Shown: positions 37,300 to 50,705 of the stretch, piece by piece
Layout of the letters: the number at the start of each line of letters is the position of its first letter
How positions within the stretch are numbered: position 1 is the stretch's first letter
From: Lama guanicoe
Taxonomy: Eukaryota
Reading direction: 5' to 3'
Assembly: GCA_013239625.1 (NCBI GenBank)
Contig: MU054212.1
Coordinates: forward strand, 4,262,650 to 4,326,649
DNA: 64,000 nucleotides
Position numbers and translations under genes: made by a program
Notes under the pieces: generated by a model
The model's input: only the letters and a program-made list of their open reading frames with translations
The model's database searches: none
Told to the model about the DNA's origin: nothing

Positions 37300-39240
37300 A
37301 AGCCAACAAGTGTTGAGAGAGCAGCCACGTGGGACCAGGCACTACAGTAAGCAGGAGAAACACAATTAGAAAAAGGCATCGTGTGTCTCTTTTGAAGAAT
37401 GTACAGTCTTACTTGGGTTATGGGCAAGTTAACAGTCAATTAAGTTAGAATAAGTGCTGGGATAGGTGCACCTAAGTGAAGCATCTAATTCCATGAGAAG
37501 AAGATGGTAAATGAATTAGCAACGCCATCTGGAGATTTTGACATCTCACCTGGAACTAAAAGGTAGGGGAAGGGAAGTACCTTATAGACGCTGGGGGTAG
37601 TAGTGCAGAATCTCAGAAGCAAAAGTAAGCATTTAACTTAGAGAATAGCCAGTAATTTAGTATGGCTGCAACCCAGACTGTGGAGTGAGGGATCATGAGG
37701 AGACTAGATGGCCAAGAGCAGCAGCAAGGGCTTTAAAAGCCACCATAAGGAATTTGGAAGATAGCCCAGAAACCAAGTTTAAGGGATTGTTTGATACAAT
37801 CAGATTTGCATTTTAGAAGTAAAATTCTAGTTGGTATGGACAGACTGAAGAAGGACAAGATGGTAGATAGCGACATTTGTTAGAAAAGTATTTCACTCTT
37901 TGGTAGAAAACAGAAATTGGTGGCTGAATTAGAAGGTGTAGTTATGTGAATGGATATGAATGAATGAAACTCAGAAATATTAAGAAAGTAGGGGTGACAA
38001 TATTTAAGGAAGAGAGTATCAAATGAATTACCCAGATCTCTTGCTTGAACAACTGAATGGAAGTCGGTGTCATTCCTGAGACAGGGGACTTAGGAGACAA
38101 GACAGATTTGTGGGAAGAAGAAGAGACAGAGAAGGAACACAATGGGTTAAAGAAGGGACTGAAAAGAATTAAGAGAAAGAGATGTAAGCATGTTTAAATG
38201 ATGAATGGGAGAAACTAGAAATTAAGATGTTTCTTTTTAAAAAATGTTTACTAAGCAACTATTTTATTGGGGGGCAGCTGGGTTTATTTATTATTGAAGT
38301 ATAGTCAGTTTACAATGTTGTGTCAATTTCTGTTGTACAGCGTAATGTTTCAGTCATACGTGAAAATGCCTATGTTCGTTTTCACATTTTTTTAATGGAG
38401 GGTATTGAGGATTGAATCCAGGACCTCATGCATGCTAAACATGTGCTCTCCCACTGAGCTATACCCTCCCCAAGATGCTTTTAACCCAGGAAAGAGAAGG
38501 AATATTAATTACAAAAGAAAGAAGCAGAGGAAAGAGAGAAATAAAAGCTTTAACTCAAGCAGAGATACTCGCTTTAGTCAGGAAAGCAATTTTTCAGAGG
38601 AATGAAGGCGTGACGAATACACACGCATGAAAAGTGGAAAGTGAGGTGAGAGGAAGTAGGTAGAGTCCTTTTCTGGTGGCCCTTTGTGGGATAGGAGACG
38701 GTGCCATGGCTGTGAGGAAGAAGGAGGTGGTAGAGTAGAAAATTTAATGGAAGTAGAGAGAATTCGGAATAGCCACAGTGCAAGCATGAGCGAAAGAAAG
38801 CCAGTGATGATGGAAGGGACATGACAGGATGCTTGGATCCCAGAATGATGCCAAGGTGAGCACTGAAGGCCAGTTTGAACTGGAAACCATGAATCTGTAA
38901 TGCCTCCAATTCTCTAGGCTGTGCAGTTTTTTTTTCCCTAGGCTTATTTGGCATCCCTTGTGTAACAGTTGAGAAATCAGACTATTTGAATCTTCCAGAA
39001 TTGTGATTTTTGCCAGCTGAGTTCAATGGAAGAACAAAGACTCAACAAAGAACATCGTCAAGGGAACGACCAAAGTGATAGACAGTAAAATCTAGAATTC
39101 TGGGGCAAGGAAAATAAATAGTGCAGATCAGAGACCCAGCTTTAAAAAGACACATGTTTTAGGGGGACATGTTATAGAAATTAAAGAATACAAGGCTGTG
39201 ATCAGAGGAGAGTATTTGAGTTTGAGATTTTTGAGTTAGT
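37300..39240 (-). mobile_element. Long degenerate LINE-2 region interrupted by a SINE at 38.2-38.5 kb
   Basis: 'caataagccaacaagtgttgagagagc..ccaggcact', 'caccataaggaatttgga', 'tacaatcagatttgcattttagaa', 'cccagatctcttgcttgaacaactgaatggaagtcggtgtcatt'. The portion after 38480 is less certain. Confidence 0.7.
38233..38471 (-). mobile_element. Camelid-type tRNA-derived SINE carrying an internal L1 3'-terminal segment
   Basis: Head (reverse complement) ggggagggtatagctcagtgggagagcacatgtttagcatgcatgaggtcctggattcaatcc has A and B boxes. L1 tail at 38290-38390 ('ttgaagtatagtcagtttacaatgttgtgtcaatttctg'). Flanks aagatg(t/c)tt at 38224 and 38472. Confidence 0.85.
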
Positions 39241-39799
39241 AGATCCTACTTATTGTGCCTTACATAAATAAAATGTCAGATGGGCCATGTTTTTAACAAC
39301 ATGCTGATATAAAATAATAAAACAAATGATGTCTAGAAGTTAAGCGTGAGATCAATACTTCCTGCGATGTTGAAAGATGAGACACTTTCTGAGGCCAAGC
39401 CAATTCTTCTAGCCATCTTGTTTCTCAGTTCTAATGCCATTGACATTTCTACTTTTCTTAGTATTTTGCCCAGTGCAAAAAAGAACATGTCAGATCCCAA
39501 TTCTCTTCTTCAAATGGTTGCTAAGCGTTTCTTTTCAGATAGACACATTCATAGGTAGGGGAGCTCAGTTCAGTGCAGATGTGCAGATGCGTGTAACTTC
39601 CCCCATCACCACGCGGCTGTGTTCAGGGCCCCACTTTCATTTGAGGAGTGAGCTTGAAATATGTTAGGCTGTAAGGAGATGAATCCACAGGGATAAAGCA
39701 TGTGGAGACTGAGCAAAGGGAGGTATTTACTGACAAAAATGAAGAATCAAAATTAACAAATTCAGAAAAGAATAAGGAAAGAAATAAACATCAAATTCA

Positions 39800-40640
39800 A
39801 ATCCACCTTTTTATCTCTAAATAACACATGTAAGCACACACACCAATATCTTATAAAACTTGATTGATGTTATGTATTTTGTTATGAAATTTGCATTTTT
39901 AACTTACTAAATAAAGAAGATATTTAATATTAATAAATATTTATCTAAAAGATCATTTTGGTAGCACCAAAAAGTTCTATAAGAAGACTAAGTTTGTTCC
40001 TTTTATTTTTTATTTTCTTATTCTTTTTAACCAATTTTCTACTAGGAAAATTTTAAGTTAATTTCATTGTTTGACTATTTTATATCTGTGGGGATTTATA
40101 GAGATAAGGATGATGCTCTAAATCAGTGGGGAATCAAATATTACATAGTATCTATTGGTGGGGTTATTGGATGTGTATTTTTAAAAATAGTGATATTCCT
40201 TTTATATTATGCACAACAATAAATTGTACATGGATCAAATAACCAAATATGAAAAAGTAAATACTATGGAATAGAATAATAAATGGAGTCTTTTAAAATA
40301 AAATCTTGACTTGGGAAATCCTCAAGCAAGCCTTTGTGTGCAAAACACAGGAAGGAATGCCTTGGCTATGTGACCCTTTCAACCTCCATCATACTTTTTA
40401 AGTTACTACATCTTTATGCTGTGTTTTAACTCATTCAGGAATTCTTCCACATTAGTCTTCATTTTCAAAAACCTTCTTGACTCTTCTTAGACATTTATTC
40501 TTCTACATAAACTGTAGAATTATTGGAATAATCTCTGACCTCGCTACCTCTAAAAGAAGTCTATTGGGACTTACATTGGCAATATATCAAGTTTATGGAT
40601 TAATTGGAGTAAAATGGTTTCCTTTGCAGAATTAAAATTT
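39800..40640. mobile_element. Cluster of old L1 fragments in mixed orientation
   Basis: About 39800-40080 minus (3'UTR-like). About 40095-40330 plus (ORF2 end: 'aaatcagtgggga', 'aataaattgtacatggatcaaata'). About 40400-40640 minus ('acatttattcttctacataaactgtagaat'). Confidence 0.6.
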
Positions 40641-42719
40641 TCAGCTTGTAAATTATCTTTGCCTTTGCAAAATGGATATGCTTTATTAAAAACTTTTAAA
40701 GAACTTTAATATGCAAATATATAACCACTATTTAATCAATTAAAATACAGTTTATTAAGGGGAAACTCAAACAAGTTTTAGGCCCTTTGCAATAATCAGA
40801 AGACAATGGTTCATATCCCACAGGTTGGGAGCCATTGTATTCGAGAAGAACCTGTTTTGTGTTTGGAGGGTTGCACTTTATCTGGGGATGGGAGGGGTGA
40901 GGGTCCAGAGTGCCCATGTACCTTTATTTAAATGCTTAACCTTGAGGGATTTCTTTCCTTGAGGAGATGGTTCAATGCAGCTTATGTTACGTTTGAATTT
41001 TGATACAACTGATAAATTAAAATACGCCTTTCCAAATCTAGGAGTTAATGATTTTATATCTACGCTTCATCTATCTATCTATCTATCCATAATAGAGAAT
41101 TTAGAAAAAAGAAAATTTAGCTACCACTTTTATAAGGACATTCAATTTTATTAGTTTAAATACCTTTTCATTGAACAAGCATTCACGCAAGTACCATTTT
41201 CCATAGCTGAAACAGTGCAGAATCAACACAATGCTCTGGTATTTCTTTTGCAATCTGCTTCCTCACATGGAATGGAAGTTTATCACTAGTAAGTGATTTC
41301 CAATTATGATTTCAGGTAGTAATATTCTGACTAATTTGTTTTGAGAACAAAATAATTTTCTAATCATTGTTATGAAGTTTTATGTTTTCCGTAAGTGTAT
41401 TTTTTTCCATGATCAGGAAGCATGATTAATTCAAAACTTGTTTTAACTGCTTTTCATTAAACCATAACTGAGTTTCACTGGGTTAAATTTGGTAATTTTC
41501 CAGTCTAAGTGTGTTTTAGGTTGGTGCCAGGACTAATTCAATTGCTTCTTTTCTAGATTCATAGGTTTCATAAAAAGTTCATTTTATGTTAGCTTAGGGC
41601 TTTTCTGCCTCGTGAGGATTATAGCATTTGTCACAAGGGTGCCAAGATTTATTATAAGGAAAAAGAAAATAATTGGTAAATTTTACAATTGAAATGACTA
41701 TATTTAGAATGCTTAATAAGGGCACTTAAGAGACAACAGTGTGTGTGCATTCTTATGCTAATGAGCCAATTTGCTGTTGCTTTTCTTAATTGTGAAAGGT
41801 GCTTTTAGTGCGGAATTCTGTGCTGTGATTCATAAAACGTTAAGACCTTAGCTTATATCAGTGCTTTTAGTGGAGCTGGGACATTTTCTTCTGCACAAAT
41901 GCTGTCGCATCACAGAAGGCTCGAAACTCATCATGCTATTTATTTTTTTGGAGGGTTGCTTTCACAGAACAGATATTGGAGTTCATGGGACCTGTGCCTT
42001 TCCTAACGTGTCTCAGTGTTTGCAAGGAAGGCTGACTGTATTGCCATTATCATTCAGGTCACATCATAGAGAGAGCTTGGAATTTTAATAACTGCCCCAT
42101 TCAGTGAATTATAGTCGTTTGATGTAGCAATTTGACAGTATTGTGATTAGCCAGCTAGTGGCTACCCCATCCCCTTGGTGTTCTAATAAGGCTGCTCTAT
42201 CCAGGCCTGTAGGCATCTTGGATGCTGAACAAAGAGGTAACCGAAATGATGAAGTGTTGTATATTATTTATGGCCTCAATTTGCTGAACTAGCTTGTTTT
42301 GTGTTGGTTTTGAGTGAAAGGAAAGATCAGGGAACTCTAAATGATTTCCATTTGTGTCCTCTGGGTATGGTGCTCAGTTCACTGCACCCTCTAATTTAAA
42401 AGATGGCATTACTTCTCAGATGAAAGCAATTGTGCCAGAACCTGGCTCGAGCCAGCTGCAGAACTAAACGAGGATTTGAAAAAGCCGGTGCACGTCCCTA
42501 AATGCTTTAACGTCCTACCAGGGAGACCTTTTGGCAAAGAGGGGAAGAAGAATTCAGGCCACAATTTCATTCATCATTTCAACTTCAACAGCAACTGCTA
42601 TGTTTATTACTCTAAGAGAATTAATAAAACTTGTCTTATGTCCTTTTGCAAGTGAGCTTTATAGCAGACTCTTAACAGTAGCGTGATTGGTCTTTTTACA
42701 TTTTTAAATTATTTTTTCT

Positions 42720-43750
42720 TCTCTCCATCTTTCCATCCATCCATCCTTCTATCCATCTGGTTAACCCTCCATTTATCTAACTAACCAGTGTTAATTGAAT
42801 GTCTACTAGAGGCTGTTTACCTGCCTGTGTAGTATTTAATGTTTATTATGTGACAAGCAATATACTTAATGCCGGGGTTACAAGGATGGGTGAAACCCTT
42901 GTGAAAGTAGTGGCTGAACCACATGCTAATAGGCCACTACAAGACAATGTGGTAAGTGATTTGACAGTGGTATCGAAATTATGCTGTAGGCTTGTTACAG
43001 AGCCCAGATTCATACTACTTCCTGTAGGACAGGCCAATAAATCGAGGGACGGAGTTGCTGGGGCAAGGAATAGCAAGTGACTTTATTCAGAAAGCCAGCA
43101 GCCCAAGAAGGTGGTGAACTGGTGTCCCAAAGAACTGTATTACTCAGGTTAGAAGTCAGGCTTCTTTAATTCTAAAAGGAAAGGGGGTGTGGTTAGTTGT
43201 TACAAAGTTCTTGGTGTCAGAATCCCTTGTTCTTGGAGCTGACCACTAGGTCAGGTCATGATGTTCCTGTAAACCTCCAAAAAGGCCAATGTTATTCTCT
43301 GTTCTGCAACTTTTTATCTCTATATGAATGGAAAAGTGTGATGCCTTTAAAAGTCAAGGCCTTAGGAATGAGCTATCCTGTATATTTTAGGCTATAGACA
43401 ACATTCTTGTAGAAAAATCGATAGACTACAAAGGTTAACGTAAAAGGAACAGATCCAATATGGAGTCAGGTTTGTTCTTTCCTATTACAGGCTCATAGGT
43501 AAAGGACCCTGAGGCCAACCAGAAGGAGAAATGTGGTTGAGTCAGGAAGAACTTTCTATAAGGGATGGTCCTTGAGTTATGACTTGAAGGACAAGTAGAT
43601 ACTGCTGGATGGAAACAGGGAACAGTGCTCCTGGAAGAGGGAAGACCTGTGTAGAATATGAGCAGGAAAATGTACAAGACGGGGGCCTGTTCTTTGAGAG
43701 GCCATGTAGTGGCGGAAGCAAACAGAAGTACAATCCAACAGGTAAAGATC
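42720..43750 (-). mobile_element. LINE-2 3' end interrupted by a solo LTR
   Basis: (CCAT)n tail and 'ttattatgtgacaagcaatatact'; resumes after 43493 with 'gtcaggaagaactttc..tgagttatgacttgaagga..cctggaagagggaagacctgtg'. Confidence 0.75.
42993..43489 (-). mobile_element. ERV1-class solo LTR (MER41-like) with 4-bp TSD
   Basis: TGTTA...TTACA ends. GGCT at 42989-42992 and 43490-43493. Minus-strand AATAAA at about 43082. Minus strand begins tgtaataggaaagaacaaacctgactccatattgg. Confidence 0.9.
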
Positions 43751-44224
43751 TCCCTGGAGCCACGCACAGGCGCCTGGGACTATGTCACCATCTGTAAGAT
43801 GTTCATTTTGTCTTCTCTGTGGAGAAAAGAAAACAAGAGGTATTTCTGAGATTGTCCTTTTTTTTCCCCCCAAGGATGACTGATTCTCAATATAAGTTTA
43901 AATAAATGTGCTTTTTGACTTCAATTGCAAAAGGAAAGTGGACACTCTGGGGTTAGACCAGATGTTCCGTAAATATTCAGTCGTGACGACATGATCATTA
44001 TTGACGTGATAAGGTGATATGTCCATGGCAGCTTCCGTGGTAAATCCTTTATAGTCATCATCGACTTTAATCCACATGGCAACTCTGTGTGGTAGGAACT
44101 AACAGAGTACAATTTTATGGTCTAAGACACTGAGCCTTGGATACTTTATTAGACACTCAGAGTCACATGGCTGTGGGTTGGCGTGTTGGGCCCCATCCCA
44201 GCTCTGTCCTCCTCCAGACCCCCA

Positions 44225-44420
44225 TGTTGAACTGACGTGATATGCTGCCTACACTGGGCCAGGTTCTGTGCCAGGCACTAGAGTTGTGATTTCCGGGAGA
44301 CTGCAGTAGAGGATTTGGGAGCAATCTTTCAACTTCAAGGAGTTTTAAAATCTTTGGTGAATGGTGCCAATGCATATTTGAGGATGTTCTAAAACTCTGC
44401 AGTTGCGTAGTAAAGATTGT
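44225..44420 (-). mobile_element. LINE-2 3' fragment
   Basis: 'tgcctacactgggccaggttctgtgccaggcactagag..ttcaaggagttttaaaatct'. Confidence 0.55.
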
Positions 44421-45119
44421 GGGTATGTTTGTCTCTTGAGGGTTATGATTGATATTTCCTTTTATGTCCTCAGGGTTTTCCTCGCTATGAAGTGTACACT
44501 TCTTTGGAATCTTCTAGAGCTAAAACACTCAGAAAAGAAAAAATAAAATTTGGAAATAGAATTAGTGGCCATAATCAGCAGCCCTTTCTGTATTACCTAT
44601 GGTTAATGGTTCAGTGCTGATACCTAGAATAGTAGAATGCATTTTTATGAGGCTGCTTTGTGACCCACTGGAATGAATCCAATGACATCACACTCAATAT
44701 TGTTATTCTCTTATGTTTTGGGGTGTATGCTAGACAAAGATGGTTCAAAGGTGAGACTTCATAATGGCAAAGCCACAGTCTTACGTCACTAATAATTTTA
44801 GCAGATAGGAGGGAGCTGTAAAATGTGGTGTGTCCCTTCTGAATATAATAGAGAAGGATTTCATGCTTCTCTAAGTTCTACAGCTATTTTGGCTTTTAGA
44901 AGAACATCAGCATAAAACTACAGATGTGCTGCTTTTATTAAAGAAAGTCTACCAAGACTCAAATGATGTCATACGTTTTGTGCTGCTTGCCTAAGGAAAT
45001 CAGGTGCATGATTTTATGTATTACAAAGAAGAAGGCTTCTTGGACCAGACCTAACCATTCTCCTTACACGTCCTGTCTGTAGCCACAAGTTTAAATAGAT
45101 ACATGACAAACTTTCTCAG

Positions 45120-45500
45120 TCCATCTTCCATTCACTTAGGGTCTTTTATTTTCCATCTCCTTGCATCTTTGTGCTGCATTTTGTATAATTTGTTAGCTCG
45201 TTCTTCCCATAGATTGATTTTCCTACCCTTGCCTTGTTGGCTTTTTAACCCTCTGTTGAGTGTTTAGCTTCTTTATTTTTCTCCAATGGAAACATCATCT
45301 TTGGTTTTTATTCAGCTCTATTTGGTCATTTTTACAGTTCCTCATATACTTTTTAGTTCCTCTCTTTTTTTTTAACATAAATGTGTTTATTATATATTTC
45401 ATCTGATCATTCTAATATCTGAAACCTTAGGTCTTATTCTGTTGTTTCTAGCTTATGGTTCTCGGTTGCTTTCTGTGTTTTTACTGTTATTTGTGGCTGT
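45120..45500 (-). mobile_element. Old L1 fragment
   Basis: T-rich 'tcttttattttccatctccttgcatctttgtgctgcattttg', 'tttaaccctctgttgagt', 'tctgatcattctaatatctgaa'. Confidence 0.6.
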
Positions 45501-47309
45501 GTGATCATGTTCCTTGGACCATATCTCTTGCTGGGAGAAAAAGTATGTGTAATCGGGGGACTCACAAGGCGGTTTTAGAGGATGCAGAATTTTTGTTTTT
45601 CTTAAAATACAGTATGGGTACTTCGGCATTCATTTTATTATTGTATATGATGTATTACTTTGAATTTTTCTTTTAGAAAATTCAAGTAAGTGCATTTTCT
45701 GTCCCTCTGTTTGTAGAATCCTTAACAGCTAGAAATGAGCCCTTAGATCTACTAGATGTTTGGTCCGTTCAGTGGCTTCATTTGAAAGTATTTATTCACA
45801 CAATGGACATTTATGGGAAGCTTCCTGAAACAGAGTGGTGATTTGTGTTGCTTCATTGGATAACCAAACTGAGTGACTGCTTATCAGATTTTTTAATAAT
45901 CCGAGTTCATTCAGGCAGCAGTGGAATTGGAAGAGAGACTTACTCAGAGTGGGTCTCCGAGAAGAGCCAGAAGAACCATTCTGCTTGGAGGGCTCAATTT
46001 TGAAATTAAACAATTTTCTAAGGTGAGGGAGTACGAGCATGTCTCTGATAAAGTGAAATCAAGAACCAAGAGATTATCCAGCAGAATAGTTGAAGGCAAA
46101 GTAAAACAGGAAGGCAAAGAAGTGAAGGGAGAGAATGGAGGGGTTCAGAAATGGCATGGCTTGAATTCATGTTATAGGAGTAAATTTTGATGACTTTATT
46201 GGTTCTGCTATTAATGAAACACATCGTTGTTTGTTTGTTTGTTTGTTTGTTTTTAAACAAAGGCACCATCTTGAGATTTCTTTTTTGAAGCTTTGACAAC
46301 ATTGCCCGGAGTTGGGTGAAAGAGTAGCCATGCAAAAATGAGTTGTGTGGGATAATGACTGCCGCAGGGGGTCCCAGAATGTAATGATGACAAAATATTA
46401 AGTCAGGAAGCAGTGATTAAGGTAGAATGAGGCAAAAATACATTGCACCGTAGTGTATAAAGCGTACACACAAACATGCACGCACACCTTTTTCTGGACT
46501 GTGTATTTAATTCTTTTTTGAGTAGGAATCAGTTTTTAGGATTTAAAAAAAACTTTCAAGAAGCACACTCAGGTCCTGGCTCATGGGTCCACAGGTGAGG
46601 ATAGGCTTGTAATAATCACTGGGCTCTGTTTTTATAATGGAAACTCTTCGTGTGTGTGCTGGTGGGTTCGTGGTGGCGGGGGTCAGCCACACGGGGGGAA
46701 CATCCCTTCTCAGTCCCAGCCTGTGGTCCTATGTGCACCCAGCCTCCTCCTTAAATAAATATTGACAGGATTTCTTAATTATAAAGCTTTATTATACAAA
46801 TGATGAAAGAAGTTAAATTATTTCTTCACAGTCATAATCAGGGCCATGACTCAAAATTGCAGAATCTGGCTTCATAGTTACTCTGTTATTCCATTTTGTT
46901 TCAATTAGGAAGTCGTAATCCATATATTGGTTAAATAAAAGGGGGGCAGAGACAACAAACATTGCATTAATATTAGGTAATATGTAAGATTCTTGGGTGA
47001 GCATATTCACAGAGTATAAATTACATCTCTTCTTAACTCATTCTGTTCCCGAGTACACATGTTAATAGTTACTCCAGAATTTATAACATCTCCAAAATTC
47101 CTCTCCAGGCCACACCCATTGCTGTTATATCACATGTCCAGATCTCACCACTTAACCCCAGACACCAAAGTTTAAAACAAACAGAGCTTGCGAAGAGTTT
47201 ACAAATGAACAGTGATTACAAAATCTGATTGCTGGACAGTGTGTCCTTTTGGCCACCACTGTTGGAGTCCATCTGTTGGAATGGCATGCCGCCTACTTAG
47301 GGAGGGCAG

Positions 47310-47765
47310 CCTGTGTCCAGGAGAGGATTCTTGCATGGGTAGCCTGCTCAGCTTTGCCCAGTTTTGTGTCTACGGTGAGTGAGTTTTGTACAGAAAATTT
47401 TAGTTGGTATGTTGAGAGAGTCAAAATCACCTACAAGGCTTTCAGCACATGTGTGTTTCTGGCCAGCTCCCTCGCCTTCAGGTTTTAGTTCAAAATCACT
47501 TCCTCAGAGAGGTGTTTGCTGAGCTCTCCATCAAATGTAGCCAGTTCTTCTCTCTCCCACGTTATTCCCTCCTCCAGATCCTTTTTTCCTAGCATACAAC
47601 ACTATCTGACATCATGTTGTTTATTTATTTGTTCAACTTCCAGTGTTTGTCCTAAGATACCCGCTCTAAAAGAACTTGGCCACCGTTATCTGCACCTAGG
47701 TCTCTGTCTGGAAGTGGACACTCAAGAAATGTGTATGGAAAGTGATAAAGGAACGCACGAATAAC
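47310..47765 (+). mobile_element. Degenerate MIR (47310-47460) followed by an L2 3' end (47470-47765)
   Basis: L2: 'ccttcaggttttagttcaaaatcacttcctcagagagg..tcctagcatacaacactatctgacat..tttatttatttgtt..ctcaagaaatgtgt'. Confidence 0.7.
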
Positions 47766-49314
47766 TTAGACATACACCTGAAGAAAGGAAGCACCTGAAA
47801 ACGGGACTGTTTTTCAGGATGGCGATTTAATTCAGGGAAAAACATCCCATCTGTCATCTGCTACCATTTAAGTGTCTATAGAGAGAAGGCGGGAACCTAC
47901 TGATAGTCACCTAGAGAGAAAGGAAATATGGATTTCCCTTGTTAGCACTAAATTAAAACTTTGTGACAGGGAGCTGCAGGAAACGCTCTATCAGGAAAGA
48001 GATATTAGACCTATTATGTAAGTGAAATGACTCTGTCACGTGGAGGGTACTGACAGATGGTGGTGTAAATCACCCTTATAGCATTCTTAACGGAGAAACT
48101 TCATATAAGCCTTGGTTGGAAATCAGTAAAATTCCAGACACAAGGCTCAAATCTCCAGGGAACAATTAACGGATGCATTGAAATCACAGAAACTCTAGTA
48201 AACCAAACCAATAATACTCACACTTAGAGCCGACAAGAGGAGAGAAACAGAACTGGCAGTATTTCCCATCACAGGATTTTATCTTAGACTGTCTGGGAGC
48301 AGGATCTGCCACAGTTCCGAGGGTCAATCAAACGTTTTGATTTCCAGCCAGCCCACAATCTCTCACTTCCCAGTGCCGCCCGAGCAGCATTGCACATCAG
48401 CACTGAGACTGACCAGCTGGTGGCTTCCGTCGCATCCTTTGAAACTAACACGATTGCCACTACTCTTTCTCCCGCTATACTTCCTGTTTTTATAGATTTT
48501 TTTAAATTGTTATTCTTTAAGCTTTTATCCCAAATTCTAATTTTGTTGCTCATGTTTGGTTGTTAATTTTCATTTCACTTCCCTTAAATCTAGGATGTTG
48601 TTCGGGTACTTCTTTTCTGAACCACTGGCCCCTCCATCCCTCTGTTCTCTTTCCAAGCCACCCTGCAAATTCACACACTGTGCTAGAGATCAGAGCGACT
48701 TTGCCTCTATTTTGAGCTGTATCCTAAATTGTTCCATATTTTTCTTTCTTCCAGGTTTTTTTTTGTTTGTTGTTAAACTTTAGGTCTTCTTTCTCCAGTA
48801 TTATTACTATTCTCTCACCTTGAATAATAATTTCCTTTTCATAGCAGTCAGCTCTCTAAACCTTGTGTGTATCTGTGGTTGGGGTTGTGCTTGCTTGCAT
48901 ATTTTCAAGGCATTAACCCTAATCCCTCAATTTCTGACTTGGTATTATCTGTTCACGGGTAAATACAGGGATCCTAAGTAATCAATTGACGAGCAAATTG
49001 CCTATGGTCGTGGATGTTCTGCAGACACAGTTTTGAACTCTTAATAGTCAATTGAGGTAACTGAATATATGATTTTTACAATGATTTCGCCTTTCTAAAC
49101 CATAAGACAGATGGCAGCTTAGTACAGGAAAAATATTTTGACCAGTTACAGAAACACAGGTAATCTGCCTAAAATGATAAACACAACCACAATCATAGCA
49201 AAGCCATTTTTTTAATTGGTTGTGATAAAAATATATATGACCCGTATGCAAAGTTAATATATTATAGTGAAATTTCCCCAAATTATAATGTTTTGGAGGT
49301 TTTAAGATCGAGTT

Positions 49315-49400
49315 GTCCTAATTTTGTAGCTGAAGAAACTGAGGCCCAAGGAGCCTAAATCTGTTAGCAGAGCCCAGATCTTCTCTCTTTTAAGTCCTAT
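49315..49400 (-). mobile_element. MIR core
   Basis: 'attttgtagctgaagaaactgaggcccaagg'. Confidence 0.7.
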
Positions 49401-49879
49401 GTTCATTTCACTTTTCATTTTGGGACCTTGAACGCCCTACATTCATGACCGACACTATCTGGAAAACTGTGGGCAAAGCCCAAGTGATGCTAAAAACATA
49501 CGCCTTATCCATCCACAGTCACGCCTGTGCCTCCCTGTGTTGTAGAAGTGGGAAGGAACTGTGTTTTTGCGCAGTGACCCTGCTCCTGCTCTTTTCCTGT
49601 GTGGGGGTGTCGGCGGTCCCCCGTGAGCTGCGTTGTGTCTGTGGGTCCCCCCGCCCTCCTCCATGCCCGCATACTGAGACAATGATGTAAGAGGTGGAAA
49701 CAGGAAGATAATGCATCAGACTCTCCCCCCTGCGTGGGCAGACAGGGACTTTATTATTAGAAAGATTCATAAAACACACTTGGGTAGAGGGAATCACTCC
49801 CTATAGGTCTGCTTGGAAAATCATCTTTGTGTTTGGATATTTTGTTTAAGCATTTTTTCTCTCTTCTTTTCTTCCTTTC

Positions 49880-50275
49880 ACAAAGACTTGTCGAACGCTA
49901 TACGGCCAGCATTGTGCTAGGCATTGGGAAAATAAAAAGGAATTAAAAAAAACCACATTATCTTCCAGAAGCTGTCAGTTTGGGGAAGTCGGGTGGTCAT
50001 GCAGGGTGTGGGACAATGAATCAGCAATAGTAATAGCATGGAGTAAATATTACAATGATGGGAAGTATATCCACCCTGGAGACAGGTAAGAGGGGCTGAT
50101 CCAGAAAAGATCAAGAAAAGTTTCTCTGGAGCCTCAGCCCCTGAGCTAAGTCAGTCTCCCAGGATTCTTAGAAGTCATGTCACTGAAGAAAGGCAAAGAG
50201 CCATCCAAATAGTGAATCAGGTCATCAGAGGCCATGTGGGCCATGGAAAGGATTTTGGATCTTGTAGGCCGTGTG
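49880..50275 (-). mobile_element. LINE-2 fragment
   Basis: 'ccagcattgtgctaggcattggga', 'gatcaagaaaagtttctctggag', 'ggccatggaaaggattttggatctt'. Confidence 0.65.
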
Positions 50276-50379
50276 TCATGGCTACTTCACAGCTAAACTC
50301 ATCACTGCTCCGGAGAAGCCAACATCTCCCAAAGAGAGACGGCACTCCTTCGATGTTTTGATGTTTTTCATTCAGTTAA

Positions 50380-50705
50380 TCTCACTTAACCAGGCTGTTC
50401 TGCAGTAGACGTTCCAAAATCCCAATGGCTTAACACAGTAAAGGTTTATTTCTCAATCACACCAAGTCCAAGGCAGGACAAGGGCAACTTCTCCATCTTG
50501 TAATTGCACCATGGGTGCATTCATCTTCCAAAGTTGCAGCAGCCGGAGAAGCATGCTGCAGGACTGCCTGGGGTCATTTTAAAGAGCAGTGTTGGAAGAG
50601 GTTACATCACCCTGTGCCGTGGACCAGGACTCAGTTGCATGGCCCCAGCCTGATTACAATGGAAGCTGGGAAATGCCATCTCCCTGTGTGGCGACAATAG
50701 AGGAA
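50380..50705 (-). mobile_element. MLT1 LTR
   Basis: 'ccaaaatcccaatggcttaacacagtaaaggtttatttctca', 'ggaccaggactcagttgcatggcccca', 'gctgggaaatgcca'. Confidence 0.75.

Noticed and set aside
38395..38471. tRNA gene
   Set aside because: The A/B boxes belong to a SINE head; there is no acceptor stem, and it has an A-rich tail and a TSD.
38574..38954. 126-aa minus-strand ORF
   Set aside because: Complement of a purine-rich, probably L2-derived stretch; S/L/H/P-biased with no homology I recognise.
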